Positions 1 to 11,374 of a stretch of 64,000 bases of DNA are shown piece by piece. Location of the stretch: NCBI GenBank assembly GCA_051362555.1, contig JBPQGU010000013.1:124001-188000 (forward strand). Reading direction: 5' to 3'. This stretch comes from Lingula anatina. Its lineage: Eukaryota; Animalia; Brachiopoda. The position numbers and the translations under genes were made by a program. A model generated the notes under the pieces. It made no database searches, was not told the origin of the DNA, and saw only the letters and a list, made by a program, of their open reading frames with translations. Position 1 is the stretch's first letter, and every line of letters begins with the position of its first letter.

Positions 1-70
1 GCAGTGTATTAAGGTTTTAATTTTTGGTGTCAGAAGGTAAGAACAGGGGGGGTGGTTTGTGTGAATCTCA

Positions 71-528
71 GGGCAGAAACCTCCAAATCAACCAATCAGC
101 ACCTGTTATAGACGAATATAGTTCAGTGAGAAAAAATGAGTGCTTTTTTCCATTTTTTTCCTGGCATTTCTTGTGTGTTGCTAGGGTTAATTTTGGTATC
201 AACTAGCAGAGTAGGGTGTTAACTACTGCCAGTTTTTTTTTCAGGACCAGGCACAGGTGCAGTGCAGTCGTGAGACCTCTGGCGGAAGGGTCTACTGACT
301 GTGAGTGGTGCAGTGGTTTGTTTACAAACAGAGGGGTGCACATGTTCAAGTGATGCCGGTAAGACAGCGGAGTTGATGACAGTATATTTTTTTGCCATTT
401 GGAGTTATGTCAGTGTGTCTGCTGTCCATGGAGATGGGAAATGTTTCCCAGAGTTATTTTCTTTATGCAGTTTTGCAGGCATTTCTTAGTATGGTCGTCA
501 ATGGGAAATATTTTGGTGGTTTCTCCCC
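71..528 (-). repeat. 458-bp LTDR module with terminal inverted repeats
   Basis: Ends GGGCAGAAACCTCCAAA ... TTTGGTGGTTTCTCCCC, imperfect inverted repeats (2 mismatches in 17 bp). Confidence 0.8.
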
Positions 529-591
529 TGAACAGGAAAAGTGACAACTGTTCACTTTTGGCTTAGTTTCTAAATTTAGAGCAGCACAGGC

Positions 592-627
592 CATAAAAGG
601 GTGCTCTTGCATCATTTCACACAAAAA
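592..627 (+). promoter_or_regulatory. Putative core promoter of nuclease gene (TATA-like CATAAAAG, Inr-like TCATTTC)
   Basis: CATAAAAG at 592-599, TCATTTC at 612, and A-rich start context acaaaaaATGG at 628; repeated in each unit. Confidence 0.4.
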
Positions 628-993
628 ATGGCTAATGACCAGTTCTAGGATGTATATCTTGCGAAATTACATGCAAAATTGCATAACACACAGGAGGGAT
701 ACTGTTGGCTGTGGACTGGGGGCACCAGTTGTTCCAGTGGGGCCCGTTATGGGTTATGGAGGGTTACATTTCCTGGGGCTAGACACTCTGTTACTGTTGG
801 AGTGCACAGGGTGGCATTTATGCTTAGGAGAGGGTTTTACACATTCCACCCGTGTGGAGTCGGTCTGTGCTGTAACCCCGATCATCTCACAGCAGAGCCT
901 CAATGAATCAACAATAACAGATTACATTGTCGTAATGTGGGCAGGTGCCTCAGACACAGACGGGGGCCAAATTGTGTACATGATAATTATTAA
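628..993 (+). pseudogene. His-Me finger (I-PpoI-like) endonuclease with two in-frame stops
   Basis: One frame reads MANDQF*DVYLAKLHAKLHNTQEGYCWLWTG..RYG..VHRVAFML..FHPCGVGLCCNPDHLTAEPQ*INNNRLHCRNVGRCLRHRRGPNCVHDNY; TAG at 646-648, TGA at 904-906; His-Cys box spacing matches I-PpoI. Confidence 0.85.
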
Positions 994-1151
994 TATTATT
1001 GTTATTATTATTAAATTTACATTTACTTAATTTATAGATTTCTCAATTATATTTATAAGTTTTAAGACTAGAAGAAAGACCAACAAACTTTTTTTCATAT
1101 TTCACAACCAGTTTATTACAGAGTAGTATCTTAAAATCATACATTTTTATT

Positions 1152-3076
1152 TTAATTACATGCTCTCTTTGAATAGCTATGATCAGGAATTACAAGTTTT
1201 GGCATAGATATGCATCTTCTGTAGTCATTATTACTTTTCAATGCTTTAGATCTGTCATATCTTCTGTAACGGCTAAGGATTCTCTGTCTAGCTCTTAACT
1301 TAAATGCAACTGTCTTTTTGTGATTTACTCTCATTTTCATCTGTTTTTCATCTTTCTCCAGATATTTAACAACTGAAGAAGTGGGCCTAACACCAACAGA
1401 GGCCATCTTACACAAAGTGGATTGCTTAAGTCCATTATTCCTCAAGTGAACTGCACTGTGAATCCTGCCTTCGAAGTTCCGTGAAAAGGTGACAACTTTA
1501 TTATTAGTTTTCTGAAATGTCCGGTTTAAAGACTCCACTTTTTGTGTGTTGGTATTAAGTTTTGTTGATTCAATTGCCCTTGGGCCCAGTCTATAATTTA
1601 GGCACTGTCTTAAGATGTGCACATCTTCAGAGTTGCTAAAGTCTAGTTTGCCTTTCTCAGGGAAAATAGTTTCCGTGCCACCTTTGCATACATAAGAATA
1701 CTTTAAGCAGTTTTCACAATCACCGTTGTAACAACTAATTATAGAGTCAGTGACATAACTCAGTGCTCTTTTAATCAATTCTATGTCCCCTTTATTTGCT
1801 TTATAGCAGGCATCGAATTCAGCATAACAGCGCATTGCTATGCACTGAGCAAAGCGTTTCTGCATCTTGTCTCTGGAGTACTTTGTTTTCCCTGGGAAAA
1901 CTTGACCGGAAAATGGTGCTTTTTCAATTTGCTTTTTCAGAGCTTTACTGAAGTGGCGCGTGTCCCGAAGACTTTCGACATCATCACATGCAGAGTGGGC
2001 TCGGCTATCACCATCAGTGGTCAAGGCACCAACTGTGACCTCTCCAGAAATTTCCTCGAGGATCTGCTGCATGGCACGTTTCTCGTCTCCAATACTGTCG
2101 TCTTCCCGTAGATTCGCCGTGCAGATACCACTGTGCTCTGGACAGGATACATCTTCCCCTCTACTTTTAAGCAGGTGAGCTGTGTGGCATAACTTGTTTC
2201 CGGTGTAAACACCAATGATGTCTTTTTTGCTGGTTACATTTTCTGCAACGGTGTATACAGTCTGAGTGGCTGGCTGGTATGGTGTTTTGTTCCCTCCACT
2301 AAACAGACTATTATTATATCTGCCATCTCCTTCCACTGCTATGGGCTGTCCTTCACACCCTCTCAGATCTTGAATGCGGCGTAGATTCTCACGGCGCTGT
2401 TGCATGTCAGCTTTGTTAAGCTTGGTTATAGCAGCACCGACTTTATTTGCTTGCTTTTGCATGGATGATGCACTGGGCGGGGTCACATTGGTCGCCATTA
2501 GAATCTGCCTCATGGCCGTGTTGGAGATCATGTTTTGTGACAGGCCTACTTGCAAGCCTGCATTCACCGTTGCTGCTCTCCTGCCACGCTGCTTGCTCTC
2601 GACTTCATTGTACAATTTCTGTTTCCCTGTCCTGTACTGACACGTGTCACATTTTAGTCCCATTGACCAAGCCACTCCCCACTTGCTTTCTGCCTCTCTG
2701 TCCCAAACCATTGAGCCAGTGCACTCAGCTGTATGCTCTGACAAGACTTTGTTGACCAGATTGACAATTTTTTCTGGTGAAACCAACTTGTATTCATCAT
2801 CTCTGGGGGTTGGGGCTGGCTGCTGGACAAACTCTCTGACTGGGCCCTCCTAGGTCTGAGGATGACGGGTGCATCAGGGTTGCTGCTGAGGGTTGCTGGC
2901 GGCCCGACAGGGGGTGGAGAGGAGGCTGCCTGGTACAACTCTTGGCTGGGTCTGATGTATCTTCTCACAATAGGCTCTGGAGGCTGGTCAGACTTCTGTC
3001 TTGCATGGTATAGCTTGTGTCCCTTCACAAATACACTTTTTCTTCGTTTTTTCCAGCTACCTTTACCGTACGGCAT
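1152..3076 (-). pseudogene. DDE transposase copy 1, one 2-bp frameshift near 2801 (possibly an assembly error)
   Basis: Identical to intact copies except for an extra CT near 2801. Confidence 0.8.
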
Positions 3077-3784
3077 GGTGGATAGAAAGTGACTTCTGAG
3101 TCCAGAGGCAGAGACAGGGCATTTTATAGCATCAGCTGCCCATTGTCTCTCCCAGGTGTGCAGGAAAGCAGGATACATTACAACAAAAGGTATGAACAGT
3201 GATTGGTAGTGGGGTTTCCTGTAAACAGCAAACTGCATGGCCCCAGTGCAGGAGGGGGGTATACAGCTTAGCAGTGAGTATTGTTCTGCAGGGAGGGACA
3301 AGAAGCTCATTTCCTGTATCCTCACAACAAACACAAACAAACATAAACAACAGTTGTGACAATTAACCTTGCACTTGAGTTTAAGTAATTTTTAGATATT
3401 TTAAAATATTTTTATTAGTAATTTTCCACTTTTCACATTTTATTTCTCAACAAAGTGCACTTAAACTAGGCCCAACCAGTTAAGATGCTTATCTCAGATT
3501 TTCACACCTGTCCAGCATAAGGTGTCCAAATTTCAAAACAATTGAAACAAATTCAGGCACAGAAATGTACATTTAACTTTTTATCACTCATGAAATTATG
3601 CTTTCTCACCAGGTGCAATGTTGGCTAGAGTGGCCGATACAGCAACCACATTTTCAACTTGACAGGGCTCAGTCATCAAGAGACCGTTCTCAGTCATATT
3701 GGGCGGAGCAGTTGGCAGTGTATTAAGGTTTTAATTTTTGGTGTCAGAAGGTAAGAACAGGGGGGGTGGTTTGTGTGAATCTCA

Positions 3785-4243
3785 GGGCAGAAACCTCCAA
3801 ATCAACCAATCAGCACCTGTTATAGACGAATATAGTTCAGTGAGAAAAAATGAGTGCTTTTTTCCATTTTTTTCCTGGCATTTCTTGTGTGTTGCTAGGG
3901 TTAATTTTGGTATCAACTAGCAGAGTAGGGTGTTAACTACTGCCAGTTTTTTTTTCAGGACCAGGCACAGGTGCAGTGCAGTCGTGAGACCTCTGGCGGA
4001 AGGGTCTACTGACTGTGAAGTGGTGCAGTGGTTTGTTTACAAACAGAGGGGTGCACATGTTCAAGTGATGCCGGTAAGACAGCGGAGTTGATGACAGTAT
4101 ATTTTTTTGCCATTTGGAGTTATGTCAGTGTGTCTGCTGTCCATGGAGATGGGAAATGTTTCCCAGAGTTATTTTCTTTATGCAGTTTTGCAGGCATTTC
4201 TTAGTATGGTCGTCAATGGGAAATATTTTGGTGGTTTCTCCCC
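3785..4243 (-). repeat. LTDR module with TIRs
   Basis: Copy of 71-528. Confidence 0.8.
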
Positions 4244-4342
4244 TGAACAGGAAAAGTGACAACTGTTCACTTTTGGCTTAGTTTCTAAATTTAGAGCAGC
4301 ACAGGCCATAAAAGGGTGCTCTTGCATCATTTCACACAAAAA

Positions 4343-4709
4343 ATGGCTAATGACCAGTTCTAGGATGTATATCTTGCGAAATTACATGCAAAATTGCATA
4401 ACACACAGGAGGGATACTGTTGGCTGTGGGACTGGGGGCACCAGTTGTTCCAGTGGGGCCCGTTATGGGTTATGGAGGGTTACATTTCCTGGGGCTAGAC
4501 ACTCTGTTACTGTTGGAGTGCACAGGGTGGCATTTATGCTTAGGAGAGGGTTTTACACATTCCACCCGTGTGGAGTCGGTCTGTGCTGTAACCCCGATCA
4601 TCTCACAGCAGAGCCTCAATGAATCAACAATAACAGATTACATTGTCGTAATGTGGGCAGGTGCCTCAGACACAGACGGGGGCCAAATTGTGTACATGAT
4701 AATTATTAA
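4343..4709 (+). pseudogene. His-Me finger endonuclease copy (two stops, 1-bp indel)
   Basis: Copy of 628-993. Confidence 0.8.
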
Positions 4710-4868
4710 TATTATTGTTATTATTATTAAATTTACATTTACTTAATTTATAGATTTCTCAATTATATTTATAAGTTTTAAGACTAGAAGAAAGACCAAC
4801 AAACTTTTTTTCATATTTCACAACCAGTTTATTACAGAGTAGTATCTTAAAATCATACATTTTTTATT

Positions 4869-6796
4869 TTAATTACATGCTCTCTTTGAATAGCTATGAT
4901 CAGGAATTACAAGTTTTGGCATAGATATGCATCTTCTGTAGTCATTATTACTTTTCAATGCTTTAGATCTGTCATATCTTTCTGTAACGGCTAAGGATTC
5001 TCTGTCTAGCTCTTAACTTAAATGCAACTGTCCTTTTTGTGATTTACTCTCATTTTCATCTGTTTTTCATCTTTCTCCAGATATTTAACAACTGAAGAAG
5101 TGGCCTAACACCAACAGAGGCCATCTTACACAAAGTGGATTGCTTAAGTCCATTATTCCTCAAGTGAACTGCACTGTGAATCCTGCCTTCGAAGTTCCGT
5201 GAAAAGGTGACAACTTTATTATTAGTTTTCTGAAATGTCCGGTTTAAAGACTCCACTTTTTGTGTGTTGGTATTAAGTTTTGTTGATTCAATTGCCCTTG
5301 GGCCCAGTCTATAATTTAGGCACTGTCTTAAGATGTGCACATCTTCAGAGTTGCTAAAGTCTAGTTTGCCTTTCTCAGGGAAAATAGTTTCCGTGCCACC
5401 TTTGCATACATAAGAATACTTTAAGCAGTTTTCACAATCACCGTTGTAACAACTAATTATAGAGTCAGTGACATAACTCAGTGCTCTTTTAATCAATTCT
5501 ATGTCCCCTTTATTTGCTTTATAGCAGGCATCGAATTCAGCATAACAGCGCATTGCTATGCACTGAGCAAAGCGTTTCTGCATCTTGTCTCTGGAGTACT
5601 TTGTTTTCCCTGGGAAAACTTGACCGGAAAATGGTGCTTTTTCAATTTGCTTTTTCAGAGCTTTACTGAAGTGGCGCGTGTCCCGAAGACTTTTCGACAT
5701 CATCACATGCAGAGTGGGCTCGGCTATCACCATCAGTGGTCAAGGCACCAACTGTGACCTCTCCAGAAATTTCCTCGAGGAATCTGCTGCATGGCACGTT
5801 TCTCGTCTCCAATACTGTCGTCTTCCCGTAGATTCGCCGTGCAGATACCACTGTGCTCTGGACAGGATACATCTTCCCCTCTACTTTTAAGCAGGTGAGC
5901 TGTGTGGCATAACTTGTTTCCGGTGTAAACACCAATGATGTCTTTTTTGCTGGTTACATTTTCTGCAACGGTGTATACAGTCTGAGTGGCTGGCTGGTAT
6001 GGTGTTTTGTTCCCTCCACTAAACAGACTATTATTATATCTGCCATCTCCTTCCACTGCTATTGGGCTGTCCTTCACACCCTCTCAAGATCTTGAATGCG
6101 GCGTAGATTCTCACGGCGCTGTTGCATGTCAGCTTTGTTAAGCTTGGTTATAGCAGCACCGACTTTATTTGCTTGCTTTTGCATGGATGATGCACTGGGC
6201 GGGGTCACATTGGTCGCCATTAGAATCTGCCTCATGGCCGTGTTGGAGATCATGTTTTGTGACAGGCCCTACTTGCAAGCCTGCATTCACCGTTGCTGCT
6301 CTCCTGCCACGCTGCTTGCTCTCGACTTCATTGTACAATTTCTGTTTCCCTGTCCTGTACTGACACGTGTCACATTTTAGTCCCATTGACCAAGCCACTC
6401 CCCACTTGCTTTCTGCCTCTCTGTCCCAAACCATTGAGCCAGTGCACTCAGCTGTATGCTCTGACAAGACTTTGTTGACCAGATTGACAATTTTTTCTGG
6501 TGAAACAACTTGTATTCATCATCTGGGGGTTGGGGCTGGCTGCTGGACAAACTCTCTGACTGGGCCCTCCTAGGTCTGAGGATGACGGGTGCATCAGGGT
6601 TGCTGCTGAGGGTTGCTGGCGGCCCGACAGGGGGTGGAGAGGAGGCTGCCTGGTACAACTCTTGGCTGGGTCTGATGTATCTTCTCACAATAGGCTCTGG
6701 AGGCTGGTCAGACTTCTGTCTTGCATGTATAGCTTGTGTCCCCTTCACAAATACACTTTTTCTTCGTTTTTTCCAGCTACCTTTACCGTACGGCAT
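4869..6796 (-). pseudogene. DDE transposase copy 2, many 1-bp indels; upstream promoter removed by the inversion junction
   Basis: ORF fragments 5056-5733, 5733-6077 and 6377-6796 match the intact protein. Confidence 0.8.
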
Positions 6797-6954
6797 GGTG
6801 GATAGAAAGTGACTTCTGAGACTACTCTGTAATAAACTGGTTGTGAAATATGAAAAAAAGTTTGTTGGTCTTTCTTCTAGTCTTAAAACTTATAAATATA
6901 ATTGAGAAATCTATAAATTAAGTAAATGTAAATTTAATAATAATAACAATAATA

Positions 6955-7321
6955 TTAATAATTATCATGTACACAATTTGGCCCCCGTCTGTGTCTGAGG
7001 CACCTGCCCACATTACGACAATGTAATCTGTTATTGTTGATTCATTGAGGCTCTGCTGTGGAGATGATCGGGTTTACAGCACAGACCGACTCCACACGGG
7101 TGGAATGTGTAAAACCCTCTCCTAAGCATAAATGCCACCCTGTGCACTCCAACAGTAACAGAGTGTCTAGCCCCAGGAAATGTAACCCTCCATAACCCAT
7201 AACGGGCCCCACTGGAACAACTGGTGCCCCCAGTCCACAGCCAACAGTATCCCTCCTGTGTGTTATGCAATTTTGCATGTAATTTCGCAAGATATACATC
7301 CTAGAACTGGTCATTAGCCAT
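6955..7321 (-). pseudogene. His-Me finger endonuclease copy
   Basis: Reverse complement of 628-993 with small indels. Confidence 0.78.
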
Positions 7322-8123
7322 TTTTTGTGTGAAATGATGCAAGAGCACCCTTTTATGGCCTGTGCTGCTCTAAATTTAGAAAACTAAGCCAAAAGTGAAC
7401 AGTTGTCACTTTTCCTGTTCACACAAACCACCCCCCCTGTTCTTACCTTCTGACACCAAAAATTAAAACCTTAATACACTGCCAACTGCTCCGCCCAATA
7501 TGACTGAGAACGGTCTCTTGATGACTGAGCCCTGTCAAGTTGAAAATGTGGTTGCTGTATCGGCCACTCTAGCCAACATTGCACCTGGTGAGAAAGCATA
7601 ATTTCATGAGTGATAAAAAGTTAAATGTACATTTCTGTGCCTGAATTTGTTTCAATTGTTTTGAAATTTGGACACCTTATGCTGGACAGGTGTGAAAATC
7701 TGAGATAAGCATCTTAACTGGTTGGGCCTAGTTTAAGTGCACTTTGTTGAGAAATAAAATGTGAAAAGTGGAAAAATTACTAATAAAAATATTTTAAAAT
7801 ATCTAAAAATTACTTAAACTCAAGTGCAAGGTTAATTGTCACAACTGTTGTTTATGTTTGTTTGTGTTTGTTGTGAGGATACAGGAAATGAGCTTCTTGT
7901 CCCTCCCTGCAGAACAATACTCACTGCTAAGCTGTATACCGCCCCTCCTGCACTGGGGGCACATGCAGTTTGCTGTTTACAGAAACCCCACTACCAATCA
8001 CTGTTCATACCTTTTGTTGTAATGTATCCTGCTTTCCTGCACACCTGGGAGAGACAATGGGCAGCTGATGCTATAAAATGCCCTGTCTCTGCCTCTGGAC
8101 TCAGAAGTCACTTTCTATCCACC

Positions 8124-10050
8124 ATGCCGTACGGTAAAGGTAGCTGGAAAAAACGAAGAAAAAGTGTATTTGTGAAGGGACACAAGCTATACCATGCAAG
8201 ACAGAAGTCTGACCAGCCTCCAGAGCCTATTGTGAGAAGATACATCAGACCCAGCCAAGAGTTGTACCAGGCAGCCTCCTCTCCACCCCCTGTCGGGCCG
8301 CCAGCAACCCTCAGCAGCAACCCTGATGCACCCGTCATCCTCAGACCTAGGAGGGCCCAGTCAGAGAGTTTGTCCAGCAGCCAGCCCCAACCCCCAGATG
8401 ATGAATACAAGTTGGTTTCACCAGAAAAAATTGTCAATCTGGTCAACAAAGTCTTGTCAGAGCATACAGCTGAGTGCACTGGCTCAATGGTTTGGGACAG
8501 AGAGGCAGAAAGCAAGTGGGGAGTGGCTTGGTCAATGGGACTAAAATGTGACACGTGTCAGTACAGGACAGGGAAACAGAAATTGTACAATGAAGTCGAG
8601 AGCAAGCAGCGTGGCAGGAGAGCAGCAACGGTGAATGCAGGCTTGCAAGTAGGCCTGTCACAAAACATGATCTCCAACACGGCCATGAGGCAGATTCTAA
8701 TGGCGACCAATGTGACCCCCGCCCAGTGCATCATCCATGCAAAAGCAAGCAAATAAAGTCGGTGCTGCTATAACCAAGCTTAACAAAGCTGACATGCAAC
8801 AGCGCCGTGAGAATCTACGCCGCATTCAAGATCTGAGAGGGGTGTGAAGGACAGCCCATAGCAGTGGAAGGAGATGGCAGATATAATAATAGTCTGTTTA
8901 GTGGAGGGAACAAAACACCATACCAGCCAGCCACTCAGACTGTATACACCGTTGCAGAAATGTAACCAGCAAAAAAGACATCATTGGTGTTTACACCGGA
9001 AACAAGTTATGCCACACAGCTCACCTGCTTAAAAGTAGAGGGGAAGATGTATCCTGTCCAGAGCACAGTGGTATCTGCACGGCGAATCTACGGGAAGACG
9101 ACAGTATTGGAGACGAGAAACGTGCCATGCAGCAGATCCTCGAGGAAATTTCTGGAGAGGTCACAGTTGGTGCCTTGACCACTGATGGTGATAGCCGAGC
9201 CCACTCTGCATGTGATGATGTCGAAAGTCTTCGGGACACGCGCCACTTCAGTAAAGCTCTGAAAAAGCAAATTGAAAAAGCACCATTTTCCGGTCAAGTT
9301 TTCCCAGGGAAAACAAAGTACTCCAGAGACAAGATGCAGAAACGCTTTGCTCAGTGCATAGCAATGCGCTGTTATGCTGAATTCGATGCCTGCTATAAAG
9401 CAAATAAAGGGGACATAGAATTGATTAAAAGAGCACTGAGTTATGTCACTGACTCTATAATTAGTTGTTACAACGGTGATTGTGAAAACTGCTTAAAGTA
9501 TTCTTATGTATGCAAAGGTGGCACGGAAACTATTTTCCCTGAGAAAGGCAAACTAGACTTTAGCAACTCTGAAGATGTGAGCACATCTTAAGACAGTGCC
9601 TAAATTATAGACTGGGCCCAAGGGCAATTGAATCAACAAAACTTAATACCAACACACAAAAAAGTGGAGTCTTTAAACCGGACATTTCAGAAAACTAATA
9701 ATAAAGTTGTCACCTTTTCACGGAACTTCGAAGGCAGGATTCACAGTGCAGTTCACTTGAGGAATAATGGACTTAAGCAATCCACTTTGTGTAAGATGGC
9801 CTCTGTTGGTGTTAGGCCCACTTCTTCAGTTGTTAAATATCTGGAGAAAGATGAAAAACAGATGAAAATGAGAGTAAATCACAAAAAGACAGTTGCATTT
9901 AAGTTAAGAGCTAGACAGAGAATCCTTAGCCGTTACAGAAGATATGACAGATCTAAAGCATTGAAAAGTAATAATGACTACAGAAGATGCATATCTATGC
10001 CAAAACTTGTAATTCCTGATCATAGCTATTCAAAGAGAGCATGTAATTAA
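8124..10050 (+). pseudogene. DDE transposase copy 3, several small indels
   Basis: ORF fragments 7836-8756, 9127-9591 and 9628-10050. Confidence 0.8.
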
Positions 10051-10210
10051 AATAAAAAATGTATGATTTTAAGATACTACTCTGTAATAAACTGGTTGTG
10101 AAATATGAAAAAAAGTTTGTTGGTCTTTCTTCTAGTCTTAAAACTTATAAATATAATTGAGAAATCTATAAATTAAGTAAAATGTAAATTTAATAATAAT
10201 AACAATAATA

Positions 10211-10401
10211 TTAATAATTATCATGTACACAATTTGGCCCCCGTCTGTGTCTGAGGCACCTGCCCACATTACGACAATGTAATCTGTTATTGTTGATTCA
10301 TTGAGGCTCTGCTGTGAGATGATCGGGGTTACAGCACAGACCGACTCCACACGGGTGGAATGTGTAAAACCTCTCCTAAGCATAAATGCCACCCTGTGCA
10401 C
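10211..10401 (-). pseudogene. 5'-truncated His-Me endonuclease (3' half only)
   Basis: A 466-bp deletion joined at TGTGCAC removes the 5' half of the gene and the left part of the LTDR. Confidence 0.75.
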
Positions 10402-10666
10402 CCCTCTGTTTGTAAACAAACCACTGCACCACTCACAGTCAGTAGACCCTTCCGCCAGAGGTCTCACGACTGCACTGCACCTGTGCCTGGTCCTGAAAAA
10501 AAAACTGGCAGTAGTTAACACCCTACTCTGCTAGTTGATACCAAAATTAACCCTAGCAACACACAAGAAATGCCAGGAAAAAAATGGAAAAAAGCACTCA
10601 TTTTTTCTCACTGAACTATATTCGTCTATAACAGGTGCTGATTGGTTGATTTGGAGGTTTCTGCCC
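10395..10666 (+). repeat. Partial LTDR (right TIR only)
   Basis: Matches 14107-14378. Confidence 0.75.
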
Positions 10667-11322
10667 TGAGATTCACACAAACCACCCCCCCTGTTCTTAC
10701 CTTCTGACACCAAAAATTAAAACCTTAATACACTGCCAACTGCTCCGCCCAATATGACTGAGAACGGTCTCTTGATGACTGAGCCCTGTCAAGTTGAAAA
10801 TGTGGTTGCTGTATCGGCCACTCTAGCCAACATTGCACCTGGTGAGAAAGCATAATTTCATGAGTGATAAAAAGTTAAATGTACATTTCTGTGCCTGAAT
10901 TTGTTTCAATTGTTTTGAAATTTGGACACCTTATGCTGGACAGGTGTGAAAATCTGAGATAAGCATCTTAACTGGTTGGGCCTAGTTTAAGTGCACTTTG
11001 TTGAGAAATAAAATGTGAAAAGTGGAAAATTACTAATAAAAATATTTTAAAATATCTAAAAATTACTTAAACTCAAGTGCAAGGTTAATTGTCACAACTG
11101 TTGTTTATGTTTGTTTGTGTTTGTTGTGAGGATACAGGAAATGAGCTTCTTGTCCCTCCCTGCAGAACAATACTCACTGCTAAGCTGTATACCCCCCTCC
11201 TGCACTGGGGCCATGCAGTTTGCTGTTTACAGGAAACCCCACTACCAATCACTGTTCATACCTTTTGTTGTAATGTATCCTGCTTTCCTGCACACCTGGG
11301 AGAGACAATGGGCAGCTGATGC

Positions 11323-11374
11323 TATAAAATGCCCTGTCTCTGCCTCTGGACTCAGAAGTCACTTTCTATCCACC
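11323..11374 (+). promoter_or_regulatory. Putative transposase core promoter (TATAAAA, Inr-like TCAGAAGTCACT, Kozak CCACCATG)
   Basis: TATAAAA at 11323-11329, about 30 bp before an Inr-like motif, followed by ccaccATG at 11375; present in each unit except copy 2. Confidence 0.55.

Larger units (their letters stand above)
1..6820 (-). mobile_element. Left (inverted) arm of tandem array of KolobokP-like DNA transposon, ~1.8 units, runs off window start
   Basis: Reverse complement of the 3712-bp unit seen at 11-26 kb; transposase on minus strand, nuclease on plus strand; repeat period ~3714 (ORFs at 24 and 3738). Confidence 0.9.

Noticed and set aside
635-1030. 131-aa ORF (MTSSRMY...IIIKFTFT) as a membrane protein gene
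   Set aside because: Shadow frame overlapping the His-Me nuclease; the hydrophobic tail is just the ATT-rich 3' region
11111-11374. 88-aa N-terminal extension giving the 728-aa ORF
   Set aside because: It starts at a non-ATG codon (TTG) and spans the TATA box and Inr-like motif; ccaccATG at 11375 is the more credible start
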